A stretch of DNA of 63,392 nucleotides, filler included, from Lenisia limosa (GCA_001655205.1; 14 parts of 14 records of this genome joined end to end with filler, not necessarily neighbours in it); one strand, 5' to 3'. Positions 48,290-60,145 are shown, counted from the whole stretch's first letter. Notes: a model not told the origin generated them from the letters alone. Program-made: numbers and translations.

Positions 48290-51200
48290 ACACCCCTCCC
48301 ACCTCATCATAATCAATGGCGCGATTGAAGAAGGTCAGAGCCTCACTGGAACTCACCACCCGGTTGTACACTCGGAACTGGGGGGGGGGGGTAAAATTAG
48401 AAAATTTNNNNNNNNNNNNNNNNNNNNNNNNNNNNNNNNNNNNNNNNNNNNNNNNNNNNNNNNNNNNNNNNNNNNNNNNNNNNNNNNNNNNNNNNNNNNN
48501 NNNNNNNNNNNNNNNNNNNNNNNNNNNNNNNNNNNNNNNNNNNNNNNNNNNNNNNNNNNNNNNNNNNNNNNNNNNNNNNNNNTCGGCTATTAGGGGTAAT
48601 AATGGTCCTTTTATTAACGTTAGTAAGCAAAAATGGCAGGTCCCTTGGTCAAGTCCTATTGTTAGTAGGTTCCCCTATTTCCAAGGGTCACTTGTGGGTT
48701 GCTTAGAAACTCACATACATTTTGCTCTGGAGCAAATTTTACAGGGGACTTGCTTAGACCATTTAGCATAAATGGACAAACCGTGTAGTGCTCGGTTCCA
48801 ATCTTTGTCAAGGTATTGCTATCGGTCGCATCATCCGTCGCCGAGTAGCCAGGAACAAAGTAGTACTGAGGAAGTGAGCAAAGTGGTACTGCATTACGGC
48901 GCATCGACTTGGGATTCTTGAGAAAAAGTTGAAATTCCCATATTTTACATGGGAATCCTATGGGTTTTATGGAATTTGGAAGTAATTTATGGGATTCCCA
49001 AATAATAACAGGGAATCCCAAGTCGATGCGCCGTAGTGAAGTAAACAAAGTAGAACTGTGGAAGACAAAGTAGTACTGTNNNNNNNNNNNNNNNNNNNNN
49101 NNNNNNNNNNNNNNNNNNNNNNNNNNNNNNNNNNNNNNTAGTACTGTGGAAGACAAAGTAGTACTGTGGAAGACAAAGTAGTACTGTTAGAGGTGGAGAA
49201 GGGGGCAGGTATGGGCATTAAAACCTTGTTGAATTTCTCATCTCAATATCATATGTACAGTGACCGGGACAGTCTTCATCGATTTGCTATGATTTCCCAA
49301 GGAAAATCGGCCAAGACTTATCCCGGTCACAGTATACAAGGTGAGTGTGTAATAGAGGGGGATGTGTAATAAGGATACTACTGTGATGACCCCCCCCCCC
49401 ACACACAATACTATAAAAATGACCCTCCCACCGTATTTGGTCCATCAACAGCAGTGGAACCCGTGTCCGTACAAAAGAGAGCGCCATCCAAAAAAAGCTT
49501 CGCGTCGCCCACGTCTACAGTGTACACGAAGTGATGGGGAATTGTTTCATCAAAGTCCACTAAACAATAAGTACTTGGTAATAAATTTTTAACACAATTT
49601 TCCACAAAATTTGAAATTAAAGTGTCTTAGATTGAGTTTACAATTCAATAATATGTAATTTGCAATAATTTTTTATTAAATACACGGAGACCTAAAAAAA
49701 AACAATATTACTGGGGTATTTGAAATGGTTAATATGTCCTTCAAAATTCAGACTGAGTTCTCATTAGATTGTTTGTAGTTCTTAAAGATAGTCATGAATA
49801 ATATTGATGCAAAAAAATAATAATAATAAATACCAATGGTTGGTTTTAGTAAAATAATAAAAAAACCACAATGGCCTCCTTTATGATGGATTCCCCTCCT
49901 CACCAGGTAAGCCACAATCCTTATGGCCTCCTTTATGATGGATTCGGATGCTGCCTGATGGGTACTGAGGGTAGGGTAAATAAGATGGTGGTGATGNNNN
50001 NNNNNNNNNNNNNNNNNNNNNNNNNNNNGGGTGGGGGTGGATTGGAAAACTTATGAAACTCTGTTGGCTGACAACACACGAGGGTTGATTAGAACAGAAC
50101 AAAGCCCAATCTAGTCGCTTCTGCATCATCGTAAAATTGGAAAATTTATGAAACAAAAATCCCAAAATCAATTCTGTTGGCTAACACACGTAAAACGGGA
50201 TACATATAGAGATATGAGAATAGATGGTCTCTGACCGAGTCAAAAATGGTTGCAATAGGCTCTCTAATTAAATAAAAGCTGCTTCCCACTATTTATTCGC
50301 GAGACTTCATCTGGTATATACAGTTGACGATGACCCTAAGACCCCCCATGGAAGTAGCAAGCATTTAAAGCCCCCCCCCCCACAAAAGTAGCAAGCACAT
50401 ACGGCACGGCTGTTTGGATGCCGAAGATGCCGACTTGGAAAACCGCATTAGGCCTCATCCATGTCTGGAAGGGAGGATTAGCATTATTCTTAAAGATCTC
50501 GGGGGGGGGGGAGAAAAATAGGAAAATTTATGAGTAGTCTGAAACTCGAAAACAAAGAACAAGCCATAAAAAATATGAGCAACAAACGAAAAAAACCTGA
50601 GTAACCAAGTCTTTGGGCAGATACAGCCTTGTTTGAAATCTCATCTCTACATATTACTACACCAATCACTAATAAAACGCCCCCAGACCTCCATTAACCC
50701 CCCTCCGCTCACCTCCATAGTGAACGTCGACGCAAGTGGCGCCAGTTCAGTGCGCGAAAACGCCCCATCCGCCGAGGACGTGAGAGAAAACATCGGCTCA
50801 ACCAAGAAGGTTTCAGAACTACCACATACTGACGAAGTACAGGCCTATTTGTGACCGTTATAACGACAGAATATGAAGCGAATATATGACATATGGATAA
50901 TCAGCGTACATATAATACATATGTGATACTATTATGATATATTACGTACATGTACATACATGTATATATAGTAATATATATAATATATTTACAGTACATG
51001 TATGTACATATATTATATCATACTACATACTTTTAGGACATATTTGCATATATATTTTAAAATATAATAACACAATATTATATAATACCCCACCCACTCT
51101 AAAAACGTAAAAGGTTTTCTCCACCACGTCACTCAGCACCACTTCGCCGGCAGTCTTCTCCTCGGTGGTCACGGTGTGGGTCTTCCATTTGCCGTGAATC

Positions 51201-52303
51201 TTCCGGTACTGAACAAATTAAAGCAGCGCTGAAGCCGTCCACATCATTACGCTTATCATAAAATAACAAAATTATCTCAGAAATCAATCAAACATCAAAA
51301 AAAGACTCCTTGTGTAATTTATATTTTTTTGGCTCTCAACTCAAATTTGAAAAAGTAGTGAAAAGTGGCGTGAATCACGCTAAACGTGACCCGCCACAAG
51401 AAAATGAAAAACACTCCAGAAAGCATTTCTTCCCCAAAGAGCATCTTTTCTCTCATATGTTGCCAAAAATTAGAGATTCCAACAAGATTTCATTCATTCA
51501 TTTAGAAAGCGTAAAAGTCACCCAAGACAAATGCATGTTTGATAGAAATATGAAATAAAATAAGTATCTGACCGAAGGCGGCCACACCTTCACGCTTATA
51601 AGAGACAATACGGACATATATACATACCTGTATGGATAAGTCATCGAACGTGGACAATGATATGTTGAACTTGGCTACATTGAGGTTGCCTTGGAATTCA
51701 ACCGCTTTGATCAGTCGAGTCATCATTGAGTCTGCGGAGTAAGAAAGTGCATTATAACATGCGAAAAAACTGAATCCGGGTGATTTTCAAATGAGTGGGG
51801 GAGGCTGCTATTCTTCTAAAATGGAAGATTGCTTTCGTTTCTCTTATTATTATTTCGATATATAGAGATGAGAAATAAAACAAGTTTTTATCCGGCCAAA
51901 GCCGTCCACACCATCACGCTAGTGTATATGTGGTAACCCCATGACTAAAAGAGAACACTATTTGAACAAGTAATAGTACTATATCATATCATGAAAATCA
52001 GATGAAATAATACAGATTACTATTTGACGCTGATATGGAGTTGAAATCAGCGGACCTTATCTGGTTGTTGTCATGATAATCATTCTGGGGCTTAAAAAAC
52101 AACGGTATTATACATCCCTCCTTACCATCGTAAAGGGACTGGAAAGTCTGCACCTGCCCGGCAAAATCTTTGAAGGATGAATTGAGAAAAAGAGACCAAC
52201 CGAGAAACCCGCTTTCTTGCTTGTTGTTAACGACAAGTTGGGAGTTAGTCGCAGCTAAGAGGCAGAGGGAGGCGGCTAAGGTGAAGCACCAGCGGGCAAA
52301 CAT
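48290..52303 (-). CDS. Secreted LamG/concanavalin-like domain protein 1; 3'-truncated
   Basis: ATG 52303 MFARWCFTLAASLCLLAATNS signal peptide; STFTME|TWMRP, HHFVYTVDVGDAKLFLDG, FRVYNRVVSSSEA are LamG-like strand motifs. Confidence 0.7.
48892..49038. mobile_element. 147-bp TIR element with CACTA-type terminus
   Basis: CATTACGGCGCATCGACTTGGGATTC ... GAATCCCAAGTCGATGCGCCGTAGTG (26-bp TIR, 1 mismatch); internal GGGAATCC/GGATTCCC repeats. Confidence 0.75.
49046..49190. repeat. 20-bp minisatellite spanning a gap
   Basis: CAAAGTAGTACTGTGGAAGA units; diverged units also at 48856-48891. Confidence 0.85.
49258..49332. mobile_element. MITE family E, second copy
   Basis: TA-CAGTGACCGGGAC...CTTATCCCGGTCACAG-TA; interior is the reverse complement of 42003-42080. 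Confidence 0.8.
50036..50190 (-). repeat. Two partial tandem copies of family A in one intron
   Basis: ATTGGAAAACTTATGAAACTCTGTTGGCTGACAACACACGAGGGTTG...GTCGCTTCTGCA followed by AAAATTGGAAAATTTATGAAAC...TCTGTTGGCTAACACACG. Confidence 0.8.
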
Positions 52304-52623
52304 TGTGAAATAGGACCTTTTCTTCTGATAATAATCCTTATGTTTTTTGGTGTGCTTGGTTTGGTTTTTTATTGAAAAGCAACTGGCAAGCGCAATCTGA
52401 GCCAAATCTCCCAATATCTCCTCACAATTCCATCTCAGGATATTTTCGAATTATTTCGAAATTTAGCGAGGATAAGAGTTTGGAGTTTTGATATTTTGCT
52501 ATTGGAAAACACAGGTTTGAGAGTGTTTCTGTGCTTCCCTAGCCCAACACACATGAGAGGAGAGGATAAGAAAGAATATCGTTGTGAAACGGTGGTTATG
52601 CAATTCTGAACTTAACCTCTCTT

Positions 52624-52727
52624 CTCTCCTCTCCTCCTCGTCATGATCATCATGAAGACGGTGAAGGAGGTTCATTCTCCATTCCTTCACCGTCTTCATG
52701 ATGATCATGACGAGGAGAAGAGGAGAG
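52624..52727. other. Intergenic near-perfect hairpin: 45-bp stem, 14-nt loop (candidate small-RNA precursor)
   Basis: 52624-52668 is the reverse complement of 52683-52727 with one mismatch. The structure is certain; any RNA function is unproven. Confidence 0.85.
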
Positions 52728-53019
52728 TTGGCGGTTTCGGGTGGGGTGATGGATTTCAGGATTTCCTTTCTATCTGAAAGCTTCTTAACAATGAGAAAAT
52801 GAGAACTCTTCTTCGATCACCACCAGGCTTGCCGTTGCCTTCACTTGATGCAAGAATAATCCCTTAATATCAATGATTAGACTGTTGGGATATTTTTTGA
52901 ACATGGCAAACAGGAGTTGATAGCTACAGGGGCTTCTCTACAACTATGGGAGGGATATACACACACAAATTCACGGATTAAATGGAAAATATATCGACTA
53001 TTGGGAGAAAAAAAAACGT

Positions 53020-56000
53020 CTAGAAGCACTTCGGTTCATCATAGTGGATAGTTCTGGACCAGGCTGTTGTATCTCCAGGATAGCGCTGCTCGTAAATGAT
53101 GTTGGCCTTCATGGAGGAGACAACCTGGGGATGGAGTGGAATTAACAAGTTGGGGATGTGAGGAGGGGAGGGGATGAGTGGGGAGATTATGGAGAGAGAG
53201 ATTGCAATAATAGTCCACCCAAGCATTTGCCTGACATCAATATGGGTATTCATTTCTTCATGCTGAAATAATTGTATACTCAAACAGTGTTTATCTTGAT
53301 ATGCAACATTCAAGCCCGCCCCACTTCCCTATGGCAAATAATGTTGACCGTATGTGTGCAGACAGATGTGCACGGAGTTGTATGATGATTAAATTATTAT
53401 TATATACCAAAATCCANNNNNNNNNNNNNNNNNNNNNNNNNNNNNNNNNNNNNNNNNNNNNNNNNNNNNNNNNNNNNNNNNNNNNNNNNNNNNNNNNNNN
53501 NNNNNNNNNNNNNNNNNNNNNNNNNNNNNNNNNNNNNNNNNNNNNNNNNNNNNNNNNNNNNNNNNNNNNNNNNNNNNNNNNNNNNNNNNTCCTGAGCCTG
53601 AGTAGCTGTTAAGCCCTTATTGAAGATGCGCATCTGAAGAAATAAATTGCATAATTATCTTGAAAATGACTGCTCAAAACTCAGCATTAACAAAGCCACC
53701 ACTCACGTATGAGAGAGTGTCATGCATTTCGAGCTGCCGTACAGCGTTGATTGAGAGGGGTGTGGGGGCGAACCGTGGGATCCTGGGATGTCGACCTAAG
53801 AAGTCGGTCACTTAGTGGGGGAGTAAAACGGAANNNNNNNNNNNNNNNNNNNNNNNNNNNNNNNNNNNNNNNNNNNNNNNNNNNNNNNNNNNNNNNNNNN
53901 NNNNNNNNNNNNNNNNNNNNNNNNNNNNNNNNNNNNNNNNNNNNNNNNNNNNNNNNNNNNNNNNNNNNNNNNNNNNNNNNNNNNNNNNNNNNNNNNNNNN
54001 NNNNNNNNNNNNNNNNNNNNNNATTATTATATTATTACCTTCCAACTCCTCACCCACAACCTACAATGGTGCCCGCAGAAAGGGAGCAAGACGACGTGCA
54101 TAAGTCGCCCATAGAAACGCCATTGATGAAGAGTTCAACTCGGTCCTCTCCTGTGGTGTGAAATGGAATGTTTTTGAAAGTAGGAATAAAAGATCCATGA
54201 AAGAAAATACATATACTACTAATAGTAGTATACATGTAATATGTACATATATTGAGGAGCTGGAAGGTAAAGATCATATTTTGAAAAAATCTGTATTTCA
54301 ACCCCCCCCCCCCCCNNNNNNNNNNNNNNNNNNNNNNNNNNNNNNNNNNNNNNNNNNNNNNNNNNNNNNNNNNNNNNNNNNNNNNNNNNNNNNNNGGTGA
54401 ATGTGAGGCAAACCTTCGGGGTGATTCAAGACGAGATGCGTCCAGACGTCACGAACTGAAGTGTGAACAAGCACGTTATCAACAAAAAGAACTATTTAAG
54501 TATGATGGGAGGCACACAGGAATCTGTGTGATCAGGGTTGATGGGCAAATGATTGGGTGAATTAATATGATACAATAGCTCTTATAGGCATGGTGTGGAC
54601 GGCTTCGCCAGATAATTAGGGCTTCACTTCGGTTCGAAAAAGACCGGTAAAATATCGATATTTTCGAGGATTTATCGAGAAATTCAGTCTTTTTTCGAAC
54701 CGAGGTGAAGCCCTAGTGATACTTCAATGAGCCAAAACCCCTCACGAAGTAAGACAGCGCAAAATACTGTTCAGTTGACCCGCGGAGGCCCGTAGTGATA
54801 CGGTAGTCAGCGTGGCCGTTACTATCACTGAAGAAGAATGTCTAGGGGGGGGGGATAAAGAATCTGAAGAACATTGAGCAACACCAAAAGCAAAAGATGA
54901 CACGCTACGTGAGCATCAATTAATAGGGGATTCATCTTAATATTTTACACCAGCTTTGCCACGTTCAACACTGATTTACTGTTCCTCTACTAATATATAT
55001 ATATGTATATTTCAACATAAGACTTTTAGACTTAGCTAGTTCTAGAATAAGATTTCCTCAGAAAATATGTTAGCTCTTATCACGATCCAGTTCACTTCAC
55101 TTCAATATAACAATTATTAAAAAATCAAAATTGATATAGGATGGGAGGGAGGTGGCAATGATCATATTGATGATGAAAATAATGATGGTTGTTGTGGGTG
55201 GTGATGATGAGGCATTTGCGCCCACCTCAAAAGCATAGCCTCCGGTCGCGGAAGGGGCAAAGTCAAATTTCTTGCCCAATCCAACTTGGCCGCCGTAGCC
55301 TCCCACTACGCCGCCCTAAATAGTCATTATATTGATACCCCCCCCCCCATACATNNNNNNNNNNNNNNNNNNNNNNNNNNNNNNNNNNNNNNNNNNNNNN
55401 NNNNNNNNNNNNNNNNNNNNTACATATATTACCACACATTAATAATGAGTTCTTTACTATAGTAACGGACTTCACTTTGACAAGAACAAGATTGTAAACT
55501 ATCGAAATATGCCAAAATACCACCAAAACAATCATTTCTTCAAAATTCCCCAAGCAGAGGCACCTACATGAAGATGATGCATCCACGTAGCGCTATTACA
55601 GTGAAAATTGAGTAGTTGGGCCAGCAAATTCATGACAATCAATGAAGAGATGAGTGGAGCTTTTGGGTGTATATTACATTATTCCATAAATAATATCTCT
55701 ACATGATAATAAAGAACTATATATCAAATGTAACATATATCAACATGCATTATATAAACGGGAAAAAAAAAAAAAAAAANNNNNNNNNNNNNNNNNNNNN
55801 NNNNNNNNNNNNNNNNNNNNNNNNNNNNNNNNNNNNNNNNNNNNNNNNNNTGTTAGCAATGTTGCCAGAAGAGACAGGGTCAACGCTATCGGCGGAAATC
55901 GCACCGTCTCCATTCATAAACTGAGCATATGTTGCCAGGAAGAGACACAGAAGCGGGAGAAGAGCCCTGTACTTGTCAGCAAATTCCAAAAAAGCCGGGA

Positions 56001-56105
56001 AAGAAGCTCTCTTCCTCCCTTCTCAGTCCCTTCGTGCCCAATAATTGTTGGAAAAGAATTAAAAAACACGCATAGCACAATCCGAGAAGCTTACCGCCGG
56101 AGCAT
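53020..56105 (-). CDS. Secreted LamG/concanavalin-like domain protein 2
   Basis: MLR|RALLPLLCLFLATYAQ signal peptide (ATG 56105); DVWTHLVLNHPE|GEDRVELFINGVSMG, MRIFNKGLTATQAQ; last exon ...IHYDEPKCF* (53020). Confidence 0.68.
54619..54713. mobile_element. MITE family B, intact 95-bp copy, TA-flanked
   Basis: TA-GGGCTTCACTTCGGTTCGAAAAAGAC ... GTCTTTTTTCGAACCGAGGTGAAGCCC-TA. Confidence 0.88.
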
Positions 56106-56867
56106 CGTTTATCTACTCTGTTGGAAGACAGTCGGACAGCAGTTCCATCAAGTTTTCTGATGATAGGTTCGTGATAGGTTATTATTTATTATATATAGAT
56201 GTATATAGTTTTACATTTATAAAAAAGAGTGTTGGGGCTGGCCCTTGAAGACAACAAGCGTCTCTAGATCAAAGATCTCTTTTTATCAGTTTTCAAGTGC
56301 AAGTTGTGCATTTTGTGTGTTTGGTTGTGCATCAATGTACGTATTGCCGCCTGCTATTTGCCAGCAATAAACCATAAAAATTAAAAGACAATAATTATTT
56401 CAAACACTTCCCATCCAACCGTGGTCCAGTCCAAGTCTCACAACGTACAAAGAGTTCTGGCGAACTAAAGTGAGTATCTTGAGGGAGTGATAATTTTTTT
56501 TGCCATAGGAAGTTTTGTACGCGTTATTTTGTTAGACCATGGAATCTTGGGTTATTCTTTTTGTTTTAACAGCAGTAGGGGATCTATTGAGCGCAGGAGA
56601 CGCTAGGGGTATTAATATTCTTTATTCCCCTTGAGAGACGTGTAATTCGTCGGATACATCCGCAGTTTTACTGTAGGGTTGGGAGAGTGTGTATTGGTTT
56701 AAATTGTGAGGAATTTTGTTTTTATTGAAGAAGACTGTTTTCTGATTTTGAAAACAGTAATATTTCTTGAAGAGTATTGGAGAACATGTTTATTATCACA
56801 CTGGTGAACAGAGGTATCATATTTTCCTATTTTTCAATTTTTCTATTTTCTCATTTATGAACCAAGC

Positions 56868-56965
56868 ATGAGTGATCATTTCGCTCTCCTGGCACTTCTA
56901 CTTGGAGTCTTGGTGCTGGTGTCACCCGCTTTTTCAAAAGACTACTTCTCTGGATGTCTAGTTGT
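56868..56965 (+). CDS. First exon of a secreted or membrane protein; truncated by contig end
   Basis: MSDHFALLALLLGVLVLVSPAFSKDYFSGCLV|GT. Confidence 0.5.
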
Positions 56966-57175
56966 GCGTGGGGTGGTGTCAGTTTGTTGTTGGGGGTTTA
57001 TTTTGGAGGTAATGGGGTGGGGTAAAGCGAAGGAAATTTCGATGAAGAATATTGGCGTAAAGGTGCTAATCACGANNNNNNNNNNNNNNNNNNNNNNNNN
57101 NNNNNNNNNNNNNNNNNNNTTAATTAATTAANNNNNNNNNNNNNNNNNNNNNNNNNNNNNNNNNNNNNNNNNNNN

Positions 57176-57282
57176 GCTGTGCGGCAGAAGTGACTGGTCT
57201 GGTATTTGTTTGTCAACAGAGTTGATTTGGGGTTTTTGTTTCATAAATTTTCCAATTTACTCCCCCCCTTCTTACGAATCAG
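57176..57282 (+). repeat. Family A copy ending at acceptor AG 57282
   Basis: GCAGAAGTGACTGGTC...CAACAGAGTTGATTTGGGG...CATAAATTTTCCAATTTACTCCCCCCC...CAG|. Confidence 0.8.
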
Positions 57283-60145
57283 GCTGAAGGATTCAACGAT
57301 GACGCCGAATTGGAGATCTTAGCGGCTCCATTATGGGCTGGCATCGTGTCGGATCGAGCCGAAACCGCGGCAAACGGCTCCGTTCCTGTCTCGAAAGCTC
57401 GAAATCGCTCCGACCTCTACGTGCCGGGTGTTGCTAGTGGGCGGGGGGGGGGGCTGGGCCAGTAGGGCTTCACTTCGGTCTGAAAAAACGGGTACAATAT
57501 CGACTTCTTTTGAGAAATTCAGTCTTTATCCTGACCGAAGTGAAGCCCTATTTACGTCAATTCTCAACAAATCAAGGAATAACTGATATTTTTTCGATAT
57601 TTTTTCGATATTTCCCTCTGTTTTAATTCAACATTTCATATATGATATGTTATATATATAATATATGTAATAAACCCCTGCAGGTATAGTCTTCCCCTTG
57701 GGTTCTTCAATTGCCATACCCAAAATCAACGAAGACGTAAGGGAACTGGCGGATCGCGTTGAAGTCTCCGTTTTAGGTGAGCTACTCTGAAAGGAGCAAG
57801 AAACACTTAAAATAATGATTTAACGTCTTTATGTGATAGTATATGATATAACCCCCCCAGACAAGAACCAGGAGAGTACTTCAGCGGCTTTGGCACTTCT
57901 GGCGGCCGGACTGGTCCAAGTATGCTACCGTTTTTGGGTGTTATTAGGGCTTCCCTTCGGTCCGAAAAAGAACGGTAAAATATCAATGTTTTCGAGGATT
58001 TATCGTGCAGGGATATAGAGTAGCGTTTTTGGCTTGATTATATCATTTTTGAAGGATCCGTTTTCGGCTTAGTGTGATATACAGTTATTAAATATATGAT
58101 ATGGTATTGTTTTTGGCTTTTATATGGTCTCACAACTCCATCCAAGTATGAACGTTTTTTAAAACATGTCATACATTCTAATCATTGAAGGACAACGAGA
58201 ATTCAATTGTAAGACATTTCACATACATAATACATTGTTATCTTTTTAGGGAAGCGACGATTTGATTCGACAAAGTCGCGATACAATGCGAGCAAACGGC
58301 TGTCAGATCGGCTATCTCGTCTCCAGTGCCCTCCTGGAAACTTTTGATAAAGCGGTGGGTTGAAGGGAAAAAACAGTGGGTTGTCTAACTTTTTCTGAAT
58401 TGGATTGAGATTCTTAACTCCTTTAGCCCCCCTTCACACGCCCCTCTATTGACGCAATTAATGGTGGGGGTTGCTATTGATGTTATTAATGGTGTTTAGT
58501 GTTATTAATGGTGGGGGTCGTCCCCCCAGTACCACACAAATAATTATATCATCTATATAATACCACCACCTTCCGATTATTCGGTTCGTGATTAGTACCC
58601 TTAGGCCAATATTCTTCATCGAAATTTCCTTCGTTTTACTGGTCTGGGATTTGTTTGTTTTGTTNNNNNNNNNNNNNNNNNNNNNNNNNNNNNNNNNNNN
58701 NNNNNNNNNNNNNNNNNNNNNNNNNNNNNNNNNNNNNNNNNNNNNNNNNNNNNNNNNNNNNNNNAATTTTACTCCCCCCCCAGCCCTGGAAGAAGTCCAC
58801 ACACAGGCCCAACAATGGGCAGCGATTATGGACGAAGTTTCTCAGTTCCTTCCCGGCAAGCAGGCAGCCCGGCAGCCAGATAACGCAATTTGGCGCCAGG
58901 TTGGTGTGAATGCGCAATGTTAAAAATGTTAAAATTGTTAAAATTGTTGAAATTGTTAAAATTGTTAAAATTGTTAAAATTGTTAACCCACATGATATAG
59001 TGATATCATCAAATGCCCGACTTTTGGATCAAATATTGACTCATATCCACAAGTGTCATATGACCGACATTCGAGTCGAAAACATTGGAGATAGAATAGC
59101 TATTCTAAAATATGATCCAAGTTATAATCCGTTATTTGGCGCCAGCGCCAGAGTAGCATGAATACTTCATCCCCCCAAAAAACAAAACATCCCCCCCCCC
59201 CAGATATTATTATTCATCTTCATCCCTCAGATATTTGAGTTTTTCGGCGTATTAGACGTGACGGACACTGATGCTGTCCTGCCGGCTACGGCCGTTTTAG
59301 CCCGGGGCGCCTTGGGACTCAAAATGCCCATGCCTTGGGACAAGTTCACATCTGTTGTCTCCGTGGGGGGGGGGGGAGTACAATTGGAAAATTTAAGAAA
59401 CAAACAACAAAATGCAAAATAAATTCTATTGGCTGATAACAAACGAAGGTTGATACTCCTCCAATAATATCAAATTACACACATTCCTCACCGCACCCTT
59501 AGATGCAGCAACTCCGCACAGCTCTCGCCAATCACGTGTATCACGTGGCCGCTTTCTGCATGACGACTCTTTCCCTCCACCTCGGCCCAAGAAACTTGTC
59601 AAGGTGCGTGGGGATGATGGTAATTTTGGTGTTGGTGTTGACAGGGAAGAAAGGAGCCAAGGGGGGGGGGTGACTTCCTTAAATACTATTAATCCACCAA
59701 AGTTGATTTTGGGCCTTATTTGTTTCAATTTTTTTCCAATTTCACCCCCCCCCCAGCTTCGGCCAGATATTCGAAACAAAACCTTGCCTCTCTTGTGTCC
59801 TTCACTATGATTGTGAAGACCACTCTTCCTCGCAAAGAAAACATTTCAGTGCTGAGCGTGCAGCCCAATGGTGGGTTACTTCTTAGTACATTGATGAGTT
59901 AACAATTTTCCACTTTTACTCACCTCCTCCCTCAGCAGATTATTCGGTTTTTGATTAGTGCCTTTACGCCAATATTCTTCATCGAAATGTCCTTCATTAT
60001 ACGTTTCCAGTTTTACTCCCCCCCTGTTGCTTTATTTAGACACTTTTAACCTTGTTTTGTTTCTTCAGGTTTCCACTTTCACTCACCCCCCCCCCAGGTT
60101 TGACTTAGCTCTTATCCGCGCCGACATCTCCGCCATTTGTCTAGA
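57283..60145 (+). CDS. Internal exons of a large hypothetical protein
   Basis: Phase-consistent exons AEGFNDDAELEILAAPLWAG..., GIVFPLGSSIAIPK..., GSDDLIRQSRD..., ALEEVHTQAQQW..., IFEFFGVLDVTD..., SFGQIFETKPC...AQW|FDLALIRADISAICL. Confidence 0.55.
57465..57548. mobile_element. MITE family B, intact 84-bp variant
   Basis: TA-GGGCTTCACTTCGGTC...GACCGAAGTGAAGCCC-TA; a partial copy follows at 57947-58004. Confidence 0.85.
58575..58640 (+). repeat. Repeat family C
   Basis: GATTATTCGGTTCGTGATTAGTACC...CCAATATTCTTCATCGAAATTTCCTTCGTTTTA; other copies 905-949, 28412-28440, 57015-57075 (inverted), 59936-60000, 60276-60331. Confidence 0.85.
58916..58987. repeat. 9-bp tandem repeat x~8
   Basis: AATTGTTAA units. 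Confidence 0.9.

Noticed and set aside
10991-49190. CRISPR-like arrays (25-37 bp repeats at 10991, 24915, 30672, 34635, 49046)
   Set aside because: Head-to-tail units with no unique spacers, intronic, eukaryotic context, no cas genes.
52499-52708. 69-aa ORF MIIMKTVKEW...HDDHDEEE
   Set aside because: Coincides with the hairpin arms; the low-complexity translation is a by-product.
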